Shown one piece after another: positions 32,766-42,258 of a DNA stretch of 64,000 nucleotides. The stretch spans positions 9,622 through 73,621 of the forward strand of contig JBBQFP010000008.1 in the NCBI GenBank assembly GCA_038322045.1, given 5' to 3'. Position numbers and translations under genes: made by a program. The DNA comes from Actinomycetes bacterium (GTDB lineage Bacteria > Actinomycetota > Actinomycetes > JBBQFP01). The notes beneath the pieces are model-generated. The model did not search any database and had not been told where the DNA came from. It saw only the letters and a list, made by a program, of their open reading frames with translations. Each line of letters starts with the position of its first letter. Positions within the stretch are counted from its first letter, which is position 1.

Positions 32766-34634
32766 GTGAGGAGACGGGTACACGGGCCGGCGCCGGTCTC
32801 GTGCCGCCGGGCCCTCGGCGCGGGAGTGTCTGCAGCTCTCCTGGCGATGCTGCTCTCGGCCGTCGGCATCCCTGTTGCGTGGACTGCCACCGTCGCGCCG
32901 ACGCCGATCGAGGCCACCGCGAGCGCCGGGCCGCTCGACCCGTCGCCCAGCGGCACGCCGCCCGGACCGAGCGGCTCGGCCACCGGCACCCCGACCGGCT
33001 CTCCCGAGCCCACCAGCGAACCCTCCGCCAGCCCCACGGGCACCTCCGGCTCGGCGGGCAGGGAGACCCCTCCTGCTCCCAGCCCGTCCGCGTCGATCGG
33101 CCCGTCGAGCTCGCCGAGCCGCTCGGCGCTCCCCGCACCGGGGCTCGTGCCGGCCCGTCGCGACTCGGGCATCTCGAGCACGTCCGTCGTCCTGGCGCTG
33201 CTCGTCCTCGTCGCCGCGGGGCTCGTGCTCCGGGCGGTCTTCTGGCGGGTCGGTGGCGAGCCGGTGGCGCAGGGGCCGCCCGTCGCAGCCCTTTCGCCGC
33301 CACGGGACGGCGTCACCTCGACGACGGATCCGGGGCCTGACGGCGTCTCGGTGACGACGGAGCCGGAGCCCGGTGACTCCACCATCCTCTTCCTCGTCGC
33401 CCTCGGCGAGGCGATGATCGACTCGTCGGCACCGGTCACCCAGGTGACCTCGAGCCTGCGGGCCGTCGCCGAGGTCAACGGCAAGGAGTCCGCCGAGCTC
33501 ATCGTCCTGTCCACAGCGCTCATGGTGTCGGTGCACGACGGCCGGTCCGTCCAGACCGCGGTCGCCGCCGCGGGTCAGTCACGGCTGCGGCTCGAGCAGG
33601 TCGACGCGGTCTTCGACGTCGTCTCCGCCGCCGAGCGGGGCGACGTCGGACCTGACGAGGGGCTGCGCCGCCTCGACGCGGCGCGCTCGATGCCAGCGAC
33701 GTTCGGCACTCGGGCCCGCGTCCTCGGCTACATCGTCATGACGGTAGGCCTGGCCCTCGTCCTCAAGGCCAGCTGGACCGGTCTGCTGCTCGCGGGCGTC
33801 CTCGGCGCCGGCGTCGCGTGCCTCCAGCTCGTCTCCGAGCGGGTGAGCTCGACCTTCCAGGCGTTCCTGCCGGTGGCGTCGTCGTTCCTCGTCTCCCTCG
33901 TCGTCCTGCTCGTGGCCAGGACGGGGCTCGACGTCGGAGTGTTCGCGCCGTTGGTGGCGCCCCTCGTGACGCTCTTGCCGGGCGCGCTCCTGACGACGTC
34001 GGTCATCGAGCTGTCCACCGGGCAGATGATCTCTGGGGCCGGTCGGCTGGCGGCAGGCGCCATGCAGCTCGTCCTGCTCGCTCTGGGCATCGTCGCCGCC
34101 GCCCAGCTCGTCGGCGTCCCGGCGACCACGCTCGTCGACGCCGCAGCCCAGCCGCTCGGCCCGGTCGCGCCGTGGCTCGGCGTGGCCGTCTTCGGGGCCG
34201 GGGTCGTCGTCAACCAGTGCGCCCGCCCCGCCTCGGCAGGGTGGATCATGCTCGTCCTCTACGTCGCCTACGCTGGGCAGGTCATCGGCGGCCTGCTCTT
34301 CGGCGCCCTGCTGTCAGGGTTCGTGGGTGCGGTGCTCATGACGCCGGTGGCCATGCTCGTCGCGACGAGACCGAGCGGTCCCTACCCGTTCGTCAGCTTC
34401 CTCCCGTCGTTCTGGCTGCTCGTGCCCGGTGCCCTGGGCCTCGTCGGGGTGACGAAGATCCTGGGGGACGACCGCATCGACGGCACGAGCTCCCTCGTGA
34501 CGACCGGCGTGACGATGGTCGGGATCGCGCTGGGGGTGCTGCTCGGCCTGGCGACCGGCACCGCCCTGGCGACGGCAGTCACGCGTCGCCGCTCGAGGCG
34601 CGCAGCAGCGGCCCCGGGCGGGCACGAGGCCTAG
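32766..34634 (+). CDS. ThrE-family (DUF1212+DUF3815) threonine/serine exporter-like membrane protein with a Pro/Ser/Thr-rich N-terminal extension
   Basis: GTG at 32766 follows GGGAGGGAG. The N-terminal TM and a PST-rich linker are followed by FLVALGEAMIDSSAPVTQVTSSLRAVA... and about 9 TM helices. Confidence 0.7.
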   Translation: MRRRVHGPAPVSCRRALGAGVSAALLAMLLSAVGIPVAWTATVAPTPIEATASAGPLDPSPSGTPPGPSGSATGTPTGSPEPTSEPSASPTGTSGSAGRETPPAPSPSASIGPSSSPSRSALPAPGLVPARRDSGISSTSVVLALLVLVAAGLVLRAVFWRVGGEPVAQGPPVAALSPPRDGVTSTTDPGPDGVSVTTEPEPGDSTILFLVALGEAMIDSSAPVTQVTSSLRAVAEVNGKESAELIVLSTALMVSVHDGRSVQTAVAAAGQSRLRLEQVDAVFDVVSAAERGDVGPDEGLRRLDAARSMPATFGTRARVLGYIVMTVGLALVLKASWTGLLLAGVLGAGVACLQLVSERVSSTFQAFLPVASSFLVSLVVLLVARTGLDVGVFAPLVAPLVTLLPGALLTTSVIELSTGQMISGAGRLAAGAMQLVLLALGIVAAAQLVGVPATTLVDAAAQPLGPVAPWLGVAVFGAGVVVNQCARPASAGWIMLVLYVAYAGQVIGGLLFGALLSGFVGAVLMTPVAMLVATRPSGPYPFVSFLPSFWLLVPGALGLVGVTKILGDDRIDGTSSLVTTGVTMVGIALGVLLGLATGTALATAVTRRRSRRAAAAPGGHEA

Positions 34635-34676
34635 AGTCACGAGTGCCGCGGGGTGGCCCGGCCGCGAGGAGGAGCC

Positions 34677-35357
34677 ATGAAGATCGCAGTACTCGGGACC
34701 GGCACGGTGGGTCGCGTCCTCGCCGGGGCCTTCGCCTCGCTGGGTCACCAGGTCACCGTCGGCACTCGCGACGTCGAGGCCACGATGAGCGGCGCCGATC
34801 CCGGAGCCGCGCGCGAGGACTCCTTCGCCGCCTGGGCGGCCACGGCGCCGGCGGTACGGCTCGCGACCTTCGCGCAGGCGACGGCCGACGCCGACGTCGT
34901 CGTCAACGCCACCAACGGTGCCGCGTCGCTCGACGCGCTGCGCTCGGCGGGCGAGGAGCACCTGGCTGGCCGGGTGCTCCTCGACGTCGCCAACCCGCTG
35001 GACTTCTCGGCGGGCTTCCCGCCCAGCCTGTTCATCAGCAGCGCCGACTCGCTGGCCGAGCAGATCCAGCGGGCGTTCCCGTCGGCCCGGGTCGTCAAGT
35101 CCCTCAACACCGTCACCGCGTCCCTCATGGTGCGGCCCCATCAGCTCGCAGACGGCCAGCACACCGTGTTCGTCTCCGGGGACGACGCCGACGCGAAGGC
35201 CCTTGTCAACGCTCTGCTCACCGACCTCGGGCACACCGACGTCATCGACCTCGGCGACATCACCACCGCTCGCGGTCCCGAGCACCTGCTCCCGCTGTGG
35301 CTGCGCCTCATGGGCGCGCTCGGCACCCCGCTCGTCACCGTCAAGGTGGTCCGCTGA
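34677..35357 (+). CDS. NAD(P)-binding oxidoreductase (F420-dependent NADP reductase-like family)
   Basis: MKIAVLGTGTVGRVLAGAFASLGHQVTVGTRD is a Rossmann N-terminus. AGGAGGAG ribosome-binding site. Confidence 0.75.
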   Translation: MKIAVLGTGTVGRVLAGAFASLGHQVTVGTRDVEATMSGADPGAAREDSFAAWAATAPAVRLATFAQATADADVVVNATNGAASLDALRSAGEEHLAGRVLLDVANPLDFSAGFPPSLFISSADSLAEQIQRAFPSARVVKSLNTVTASLMVRPHQLADGQHTVFVSGDDADAKALVNALLTDLGHTDVIDLGDITTARGPEHLLPLWLRLMGALGTPLVTVKVVR

Positions 35358-35518
35358 CGGTGACGAACGAGGGCCGGTCTCACCGCCGGTCGACCGGGGA
35401 CTTTCGGCTCTGAACAGCCGCCCGTGGGGCGACTACCGTGCTGGGCCGTCAGTGCACATACGGCCGCCTCTGGCCAGTTCCTCAGGAGCACATCATTGCG
35501 CGCACGGGTACCTCCGAG

Positions 35519-37702
35519 ATGCTCACCCTCTCGACCCGGCGCGGCTGGAAGTGGGTCGTCGTCGCGCTGTGGGTCGTCCTCATGGCCGTGCTCGGCATCG
35601 GCCTGGGGTCACGGCTCACCGACGTCGAGAAGAACGACACGAAGTCATGGCTGCCGGCCTCGGCCGAGTCGACCCGGGCGCTCGACGTCGCCGAGAGCGT
35701 GTTCCAGCCCGGCGACGACGTTGGTCTCGTCATCGCCTACGCCCGGGCGTCGGGCCCTCTGACAGAGGCCGACCAGTCGAAGATCCAGCTCGACCAGCAG
35801 TCGATCCGGCCGATCCTCGCCGGCGGGATCTCGCAGGTCCTCTTCTCCCCGGACGGCAGAGCCGCGATGATGACGGCCCGGCTGTTCTCGCAGGAGAGCG
35901 AGCTCAGCGCGTTCAACCGCACGGTGACGAAGATCAAGGATGTCGCGCACCACGGCACGCCTGCGGGGCTGACCGTCAAGGTCACTGGTGACGCGGGAGC
36001 CACCGGCGACTTCGCTGAAGCCTTCGGCGGCTTCGACTCCACGCTTCTGCTGGCGGCGCTCGGCATCGTCGCGTTCCTGCTCATCCTCACCTACCGAAGC
36101 CCCGTCATCTGGGTCGTCCCGCTGCTGTGCGCGTTCGTCGCGTCGCAGATCGCTGCCGGCGTCGTCTACCTGCTCGCCAAGGGCGACGTCATCACGGTCA
36201 ACGGGCAGTCCGCGGCGATCCTGCCGATCCTGACGATAGGCGTCGGCACGGACTACGCCCTGCTGCTCATCGCCCGTTACCGGGAGGAGCTCCACCAAGT
36301 CGAGGACCGCCACGCCGCCATGGCCGTGGCCGTCCGGCGCACGGCGCCCGCGGTCGTGGCATCCGCCTTGACGGTCGCCCTCGCCATGCTGGCGCTGCTC
36401 GTCAGCGAGCTCAACAGCAACAAGGGGCTCGGCCCAGTGCTGGCCATCGGGGTCGTCGTCGTCTTCCTCGCCATGATGACTTTCCTGCCGGCGATGCTCG
36501 TGTGCCTCGGCAGGTGGGTGTTCTGGCCGAACGTGCCGCGCCACGACGAGCAGATCGACACCGAGTCGCGCCATGCCCTGTGGTCGAGGATCGCCGGCTT
36601 CGTCGTCCGCAGGCACCGGCCGATCTGGGTCGTGACAGTCGTCGTCCTCGCGGCCTTCGCCGCCGGGACGACGGCGTTCGACCACGGCCGCCTGCCCAAC
36701 GGTGGCTTCACCAAGCACGTCGAGTCGGTCGACGGCCTGACGTTGCTGGCGAAGCACTTCCCGGCCGGTGCCAGCCAGCCGGTGGACGTCTACGCCAGCA
36801 GAGCCTCTGCGGACCGAGTGCAGGCCGCGGTCGACGCGGTGCCTGACGTCGCGCAGCTCCTGCCACCTGTCGTCACGGGCGACTGGGTCAAGGTCTCCGC
36901 AGTGCTCTCCGTACCTTCTGACAGCCCTGCGGCGTACGCGACCGTCGACAGGATCCGTGAGGCTGTCCGCGCGGTCCCCGGGGCGAACCCGCTCGTGGGC
37001 GGGCTCAGTGCCGTCAACCGTGACGTCAACCAGGCGGCGACGCGTGACCAGAACCTCGTCATCCCGTTGGCGCTTCTGCTCGTCCTGCTCGTCCTCTTCG
37101 TGCTGCTGCGCTCGGTCGCCGGACCGGTGCTGCTGTTGGCCACCGTCGCCCTGTCCTTCTACGCCTCGATGGGCGCTGCCGGGCTGATCCTGCGCGCCAT
37201 GGGGTACGCCAACATCTCCAGCGGGTTCTTCCTAGGCTGCTTCATCTTCCTCGTCGCCCTCGGGGTCGACTACACCATCTTCCTCATGACGAGGGCGCGG
37301 GAGGAGGTCCTCGCGCTCGGCGACCATGTCGAGGGCGTGCGCAAGGCGGTCGCCGTCACCGGTGGCGTCATCACGAGCGCAGGCCTGGTGCTGGCAGGGA
37401 CCTTCGCCGTGCTCGGCGTCATGCCGATCATCTTCCTGCTGCAGGTGGGCATCATCGTCGCCCTGGGCGTCCTGCTCGACACGTTCGTCGTCCGCACGCT
37501 GCTCGTCCCCGCCGTGGCGATCGAGGTCGGACGTCGGTTCTGGTGGCCGAGCGCGCTCGCGCGAGGCGGTGGCGGCGTCGCGCGGGAGGGTGCCGGGGTC
37601 AGCGTCGTCGTCGGCATCCCGTCCCAACCCGACCGGGGTGCGGACGACGTCGACCCGGCGGAGGGACCGCCTAGGTCAGGCGCAGCTCGATCCGACCGTT
37701 GA
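35519..37702 (+). CDS. MMPL-family (RND superfamily) transporter
   Basis: About 727 aa with two 6-TM bundles (GVGTDYALLLIARYREE and ALGVDYTIFLMTRAREE repeats) separated by extracytoplasmic domains. Confidence 0.85.
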   Translation: MLTLSTRRGWKWVVVALWVVLMAVLGIGLGSRLTDVEKNDTKSWLPASAESTRALDVAESVFQPGDDVGLVIAYARASGPLTEADQSKIQLDQQSIRPILAGGISQVLFSPDGRAAMMTARLFSQESELSAFNRTVTKIKDVAHHGTPAGLTVKVTGDAGATGDFAEAFGGFDSTLLLAALGIVAFLLILTYRSPVIWVVPLLCAFVASQIAAGVVYLLAKGDVITVNGQSAAILPILTIGVGTDYALLLIARYREELHQVEDRHAAMAVAVRRTAPAVVASALTVALAMLALLVSELNSNKGLGPVLAIGVVVVFLAMMTFLPAMLVCLGRWVFWPNVPRHDEQIDTESRHALWSRIAGFVVRRHRPIWVVTVVVLAAFAAGTTAFDHGRLPNGGFTKHVESVDGLTLLAKHFPAGASQPVDVYASRASADRVQAAVDAVPDVAQLLPPVVTGDWVKVSAVLSVPSDSPAAYATVDRIREAVRAVPGANPLVGGLSAVNRDVNQAATRDQNLVIPLALLLVLLVLFVLLRSVAGPVLLLATVALSFYASMGAAGLILRAMGYANISSGFFLGCFIFLVALGVDYTIFLMTRAREEVLALGDHVEGVRKAVAVTGGVITSAGLVLAGTFAVLGVMPIIFLLQVGIIVALGVLLDTFVVRTLLVPAVAIEVGRRFWWPSALARGGGGVAREGAGVSVVVGIPSQPDRGADDVDPAEGPPRSGAARSDR

Positions 37703-38345
37703 CCTCGACGACGCGAACCTGTGTCAGGTCGCCGACGACAGCGACGGCGCCGGCGGCCGTGAGCTCGTCCGGGCTCTGCGCCGTGGCGACGCCGAGCACC
37801 GTCGCCCCCGCAGCGACCCCGGCGATCACGCCAGAGGCGGCGTCCTCGACGACGACGCACTCAGCCGGGTCGATGCCGAGAAGCCCTGCGGCGTGCAGGT
37901 AGCAGGTCGGGTCCGGCTTGCCGGTCGAGACGTCGTCAGCCGTGACGACGACAGCGGGCAGCGTGAGACCTGCTGCCCCGCTCCGCGCGGTCACGAGCGC
38001 GAGCGACCCTGACGTGACGACAGCGTGCGGGACGCCAAGCCGTGACAGGGTCTCGAGCAAGGCGAGGGCCCCCGGCACCGGCACGATGCCTGAGAGCTCC
38101 ACGAGCTCGATCTCGTCGAGCCGCTCGGTCGCCCGGGGGGCGCGGTCCGCGGCGACAAGCTCGGCTATCGAGTCGGCGCTGCGGCGGCCATGGCTCAGGC
38201 TGATCGCGTGGTCGGCGTCGACCCCGTGCTCGGCCGACCAGATGACGTAGGACCTGTGGACGGCGTCCCAGGAGTCCACGAGCGTCCCGTCGGCGTCGAG
38301 CAGCACTGCCCGCGCGAGGAGCACGTGCCTTGTCGAGCCGTGCAC
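37671..38345 (-). CDS. HAD-superfamily hydrolase (beta-phosphoglucomutase/phosphatase-like)
   Basis: VLLDADGTLVDS (motif I), VVTSG (motif II), and VVVEDAASGVIAGVAAG (motif III/IV). Confidence 0.8.
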   Translation of the reverse strand: MHGSTRHVLLARAVLLDADGTLVDSWDAVHRSYVIWSAEHGVDADHAISLSHGRRSADSIAELVAADRAPRATERLDEIELVELSGIVPVPGALALLETLSRLGVPHAVVTSGSLALVTARSGAAGLTLPAVVVTADDVSTGKPDPTCYLHAAGLLGIDPAECVVVEDAASGVIAGVAAGATVLGVATAQSPDELTAAGAVAVVGDLTQVRVVEVNGRIELRLT

Positions 38346-38609
38346 GCCTCACACCTCACGTCAGTCCTGCGGCCACCCGCGGTCGGCCGATGAGCATGGG
38401 TGGTACCGCGTCCATGATCGCCGAGCATCCGGCCGACCAGCGTCGCAACAGTACCGAGCACGTCATGGCATCGGTCACCGGGAGACCGCCGTGGTGCCCC
38501 CACCGGCGGGAGCGACCTGGTACTAGTTCCATGGTCCGATGGCGGACAAGACCCGCCGTGCTCGCCAATGAGGAGCAGCCCGATCCACCGAACCCCTGGG
38601 AGCCCCGTC

Positions 38610-39101
38610 ATGAACCGAGCCATCGCCCTCGCCGCCCTCGGCGCCATCGCCACCGTCCCGGCCGTCCTCGGGCTGGCTGGCAACGCGTCCTTCGCCCAGA
38701 GCGTCCCCGTGCGGGTCCCCGCTCACGCGCAGCTCGTCGCCGACGACCACGGCCGCGGATCCCACGTCGAGCCAGGTGACGACAAGGGCGGTCTGCGGAC
38801 GACCGGCGTCAGCCCGACCGTGACCCCGCGTCCGCGCTCGACCGTCGAGCCAGGTGACGACAAGGGCGGCCAGCGCGCGGCTGAGGCGACACCTCGCCCC
38901 TCCGGCACCGTCCGGCCGACCGCCAGCGCGTCGAGGTCCGCCAGCGCGTCGGCGTCCGCCAGCGCGTCGGCGTCCGCCAGCGCGTCGCCGTCCGCCAGCG
39001 CGTCGCCGTCCGCCAGCGACGACAAGGGCGGCCGCCGCGGCGTCGACGGTGCAACCAGCGGCGGCGGGCACGGCGCTGACGACGACGCCGGGCACCGGTG
39101 A
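38610..39101 (+). CDS. Secreted low-complexity protein with three DDKGG motifs and an (Ala-Ser)n tract
   Basis: Signal peptide MNRAIALAALGAIATVPAVLGLAGNASFA. HVEPGDDKGG, TVEPGDDKGG and SDDKGG motifs. The stop overlaps the kinase start (GTGA). Confidence 0.6.
   Translation: MNRAIALAALGAIATVPAVLGLAGNASFAQSVPVRVPAHAQLVADDHGRGSHVEPGDDKGGLRTTGVSPTVTPRPRSTVEPGDDKGGQRAAEATPRPSGTVRPTASASRSASASASASASASASASPSASASPSASDDKGGRRGVDGATSGGGHGADDDAGHR
38921..39020. repeat. 18-bp tandem repeat, about 5.5 copies (CGCCAGCGCGTCGNNGTC), coding for the (SA)n tract
   Basis: Read directly: units at 38921, 38939, 38957, 38975 and 38993, plus a partial copy. Confidence 0.85.
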
Positions 39102-40546
39102 CGCAGCCCTCCGAACGCAGCGGCGCCGTCGTGGCCCCGGAGGCCGCGGCGGCGTCGCCGCGCGGAGCCGACCGGTCCGGCGGTTGGGTCGTCGTCGCGG
39201 ACGGCCGCGGCTCCGCACAGCGGGGGGACCGGCCGCTTCACCTGCGTCGGGTGCTCGCCCAGGTCCTCGCCGCCGCGCTCGCCGTCCTCGTCGCCGTCGC
39301 CGTCGTCGGTGCGGTGGCGAGCCGGCGGGTCGCCGAACGGCAGTCGGTCAACGACGCGGCCCAGATGACCGACCTGCTCGCCGACTCCGTCGTCCAACCA
39401 GCGCTCGAGGATGGCGTGCTCACCGGCTCGGCGGCCTCCCTCGCCCGGCTCGACGCGGTCGTGCGCAGCGCGGTCCTCGGGCCGCGGGTCGTCCGGGTCA
39501 AGGTGTGGACCCCGACCGGGCGGATCGTCTACTCCGACGAGCCACGGGTCGTGGGCCAGACGTTCGCCCTCGGTGAGGAGGAGCGCTCCGTCCTCTCTCG
39601 CCCGACGACCCACGCCGAGGTCAGTGACCTCTCCCGGCCGGAGAACCGCTACGAGCAGGGCAACCGCACGCTGCTCGAGGTCTACCGCCCGGTGTGGACG
39701 CCGTCCGGGCAGCCGCTGCTGTTTGAGACGTACCTGCCCTACACCGAGGTGACGAGGCGGACGGCGGAGCTGTGGCGGGGCTTTGCCGGCATCACTGTGA
39801 GCAGCCTCCTCCTGCTCATCACCCTCATGCTGCCGATCCTCTGGCGGCTGCTCGACCGGGTGCGGGCTGCCCAGGAGCACCGGCTCGGCCTTCTTCAGCA
39901 CGCCGTGGACGCCTCGGCCGACGAGCGACGGCGAATCGCGTCGAGCCTGCACGACGGCGTCGTCCAGGAGCTCGCCGCCGCCTCGTACGTCGTCGCGGGG
40001 GCAGCCGAGCGGGCCCGCGCCGAGGGCTGCCCTGGTCTGGGAGCGGACCTCGACGGGGCTGCCGGGACCGTGCGCGGCTCGATCGGGGGCCTGCGCTCGC
40101 TGCTCGTGGACATCTACCCGCCCAGTCTGAGCAGGGCCGGGCTCGCGGCCGCGCTCGAAGACCTCGTCGGCTCGGTGCGCACCCGGGATATCGACGTCCG
40201 GCTCGTCCTGCCGCCGGAGGGGAGGACCGGCCTCGACGAGGAGCAGGAAAGACTGGTCTATCGGGTGGCGCAGGAGTCTCTGCGCAACGCGGCCCGGCAC
40301 GCCGCCTCCCGCCGGGTCGACGTGGCTCTGGCCGGCGAGGGGGATCGCGTGACGCTGACGGTGAGCGACGACGGCGTGGGGTTCGACGTCGCGGCGACGC
40401 TGGCCAGCCCGCCGGAGGGGCACCTCGGCCTCCGGGTCATGACTGACCTCGCCGCGGCCTCCGAGGCCTGTCTCGAGGTGTCCTCGGCGCCGGGCGCGGG
40501 CACCGCCTGGCGGCTGACCCTGCCGGTCCTGCGTCGGGGCCGGTGA
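39098..40546 (+). CDS. Sensor histidine kinase (HisKA_3/NarX-type)
   Basis: H-box ERRRIASSLHDGVVQELAAA, ATPase region NAARHA...DDGVGF, two TM segments. Confidence 0.85.
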   Translation: MTQPSERSGAVVAPEAAAASPRGADRSGGWVVVADGRGSAQRGDRPLHLRRVLAQVLAAALAVLVAVAVVGAVASRRVAERQSVNDAAQMTDLLADSVVQPALEDGVLTGSAASLARLDAVVRSAVLGPRVVRVKVWTPTGRIVYSDEPRVVGQTFALGEEERSVLSRPTTHAEVSDLSRPENRYEQGNRTLLEVYRPVWTPSGQPLLFETYLPYTEVTRRTAELWRGFAGITVSSLLLLITLMLPILWRLLDRVRAAQEHRLGLLQHAVDASADERRRIASSLHDGVVQELAAASYVVAGAAERARAEGCPGLGADLDGAAGTVRGSIGGLRSLLVDIYPPSLSRAGLAAALEDLVGSVRTRDIDVRLVLPPEGRTGLDEEQERLVYRVAQESLRNAARHAASRRVDVALAGEGDRVTLTVSDDGVGFDVAATLASPPEGHLGLRVMTDLAAASEACLEVSSAPGAGTAWRLTLPVLRRGR

Positions 40547-41232
40547 CCGTGTCCGGGACACCCACCGCAGGCCCCGGCGACATGCCGACCGCGACGACGA
40601 CGGTGCTGCTCGCCGACGACCACAGCCTCGTCCGGGCCGGTCTAGCCGCGCTGCTCGCCAGCGCACCGGGGCTTCACGTCGTGGGCGAGGCGGCCGACGG
40701 TGCCCAGGCCGTCGAGCTCACCGACGCGCTCCAGCCCGAGGTCGTCCTCATGGACCTCTCGATGCCGGTCATGGACGGCGTCGCCGCGACCCGCGAGGTC
40801 ATGCGTCGCCGGCCGGGCACCGCCGTCGTCGTCCTCACGTCGTTCTCTGACCAGGAGCGGGTGACCGAGGCCCTGCAGGCCGGTGCCGTCGGCTACCTGC
40901 TCAAGGACTGCGACCCACGGGACCTCGTCGCGGCGGTGCGCTCTGCGGCGCGGGGCGAGTCCCCGTTGGACCCGCGGGTGGCTCGCGCGCTGCTGCCGCA
41001 GGGGAGGCCCACATCGCCGGCTGACGGGCTCAGCGGCCGCGAGCTCGAGGTCCTCCTCCTCGTGGCCAAGGGCCTGGCCAACAAGCAGGTGGCGCGCTCG
41101 CTCGGCATCAGCGAGCGCACGGTCAAGGCGCACCTGGGGCGGGTGTTCCGCCAGATCGGCGTGGCCGACCGCACGAGCGCGGCCCTGTGGGCGCGGGCGC
41201 ACCTGCCCGCCGAGCTCGACGGGCGTTCCTGA
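40543..41232 (+). CDS. NarL/LuxR-family response regulator
   Basis: VLLADDHSLVRAGL...VVLMDLSMPVMDG receiver domain. C-terminal HTH LSGRELEVLLLVAKGLANKQVARSLGISERTVKAHL. Confidence 0.9.
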   Translation: MTVSGTPTAGPGDMPTATTTVLLADDHSLVRAGLAALLASAPGLHVVGEAADGAQAVELTDALQPEVVLMDLSMPVMDGVAATREVMRRRPGTAVVVLTSFSDQERVTEALQAGAVGYLLKDCDPRDLVAAVRSAARGESPLDPRVARALLPQGRPTSPADGLSGRELEVLLLVAKGLANKQVARSLGISERTVKAHLGRVFRQIGVADRTSAALWARAHLPAELDGRS

Positions 41233-41377
41233 GGGAGGACACCTCGGCGCAGCACGAGGGCGCCGGAGCCGTCCGGAGATGCGGCCGGAAAAACTTGTTC
41301 GTAGGTTGTGCATCCAGAGAGCCCTTCGGGATGGAAGTAGCAGTGACAGCACATCCGCACCACCGATGGAGGACACG

Positions 41378-42199
41378 ATGCGCCGCACCCTCGCCCTCAC
41401 GACCGCCCTGCTCGCCCCGGCAGCCCTGCTGCTCGCGAGCTCTCCGGCCCAGGCGGCCGGCAACGACGCCATGGTCTCGGTGCTCCACGGCGTCCCCGGC
41501 GCCACGGTCGACGTCTACGTCAACGACAAGCTGACGCTGGACAACTTCACGCCCGGCACCCTCGCCGGACCGCTCGCGCTCCCGGCCGGCACGTACAGCG
41601 TAAAGATCACCGACCCGGCCGACGAGGCCAAGGTCATCATCGGCCCGGCGAGCATCCCGGTCGCGGCGGGCAAGAACTACACGATCGCGGCCTTCCTCGG
41701 CACCGACGGCAAGCCGACGGCCAAGGCGTTCATGAACGACACCGCCGCCCTCAAGGCTGGGGAGGGACGGGTCACCGTCCGACACCTCGCCAACGCCCCC
41801 GCGGTGAAGGTGACGGCTGATAGCGCGACCCTCGTGCCCAGCCTGACCAACGGCTCCGAGGCCACCGCCGTGGTGCCCGCGAAGAGCTACAAGGTCGGCG
41901 TGGCACCCGCTGCCGGCGGCGCAGCGGTCTTCTCCACCGACCTCCCGGTCAAGGAGGGCGCGCTGACCGTCGTCTACGCCTACGGCGACCTCGCCGGCGG
42001 CAGCTTCGCGGCCAAGGTGCAGACGGTGACCGCGGCCGGGATGCACTCCGCGCCGAGCGGCGTCCCCGCGGGCGAGGCCGGTCTGGCTCGCGACGGCGGT
42101 ACCGGGATGCCGGGCTGGGCGCTCGCGCTCATGCTGGCCGCAGGCATCACCGTGGCTGGCTCCGCCGGCCGGCTCGTGCGTCACCGCAACCAGGGCTGA
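41378..42199 (+). CDS. DUF4397-domain surface protein with a C-terminal TM anchor and basic tail
   Basis: Signal peptide MRRTLALTTALLAPAALLLASSPAQA. VSVLHGVPGATVDVYVND...AGTYSVKI matches the DUF4397 pattern. The C-terminus is ...GMPGWALALMLAAGITVAGSAGRLVRHRNQG. Confidence 0.7.
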   Translation: MRRTLALTTALLAPAALLLASSPAQAAGNDAMVSVLHGVPGATVDVYVNDKLTLDNFTPGTLAGPLALPAGTYSVKITDPADEAKVIIGPASIPVAAGKNYTIAAFLGTDGKPTAKAFMNDTAALKAGEGRVTVRHLANAPAVKVTADSATLVPSLTNGSEATAVVPAKSYKVGVAPAAGGAAVFSTDLPVKEGALTVVYAYGDLAGGSFAAKVQTVTAAGMHSAPSGVPAGEAGLARDGGTGMPGWALALMLAAGITVAGSAGRLVRHRNQG

Positions 42200-42258
42200 G
42201 CACCCGGTAGCCCGGCCGAACGACTACCCGAGGACCACCCCACGATGAGAGGACGACG

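Noticed and set aside
31148-33523. 791-aa and 453-aa minus-strand ORFs spanning the S51-like, SIMPL and ThrE genes.
   Set aside because: They have extreme Arg/Pro/Ser/Ala composition and no domains. They are antisense to three plus-strand genes with clear family signatures.
38921-39020. The tandem repeats at 38921-39020 and 29681-29716 were checked as possible CRISPR arrays.
   Set aside because: The units are contiguous (18 bp and 9 bp) with no unique spacers. One array is in-frame coding sequence. No cas genes are in the window.
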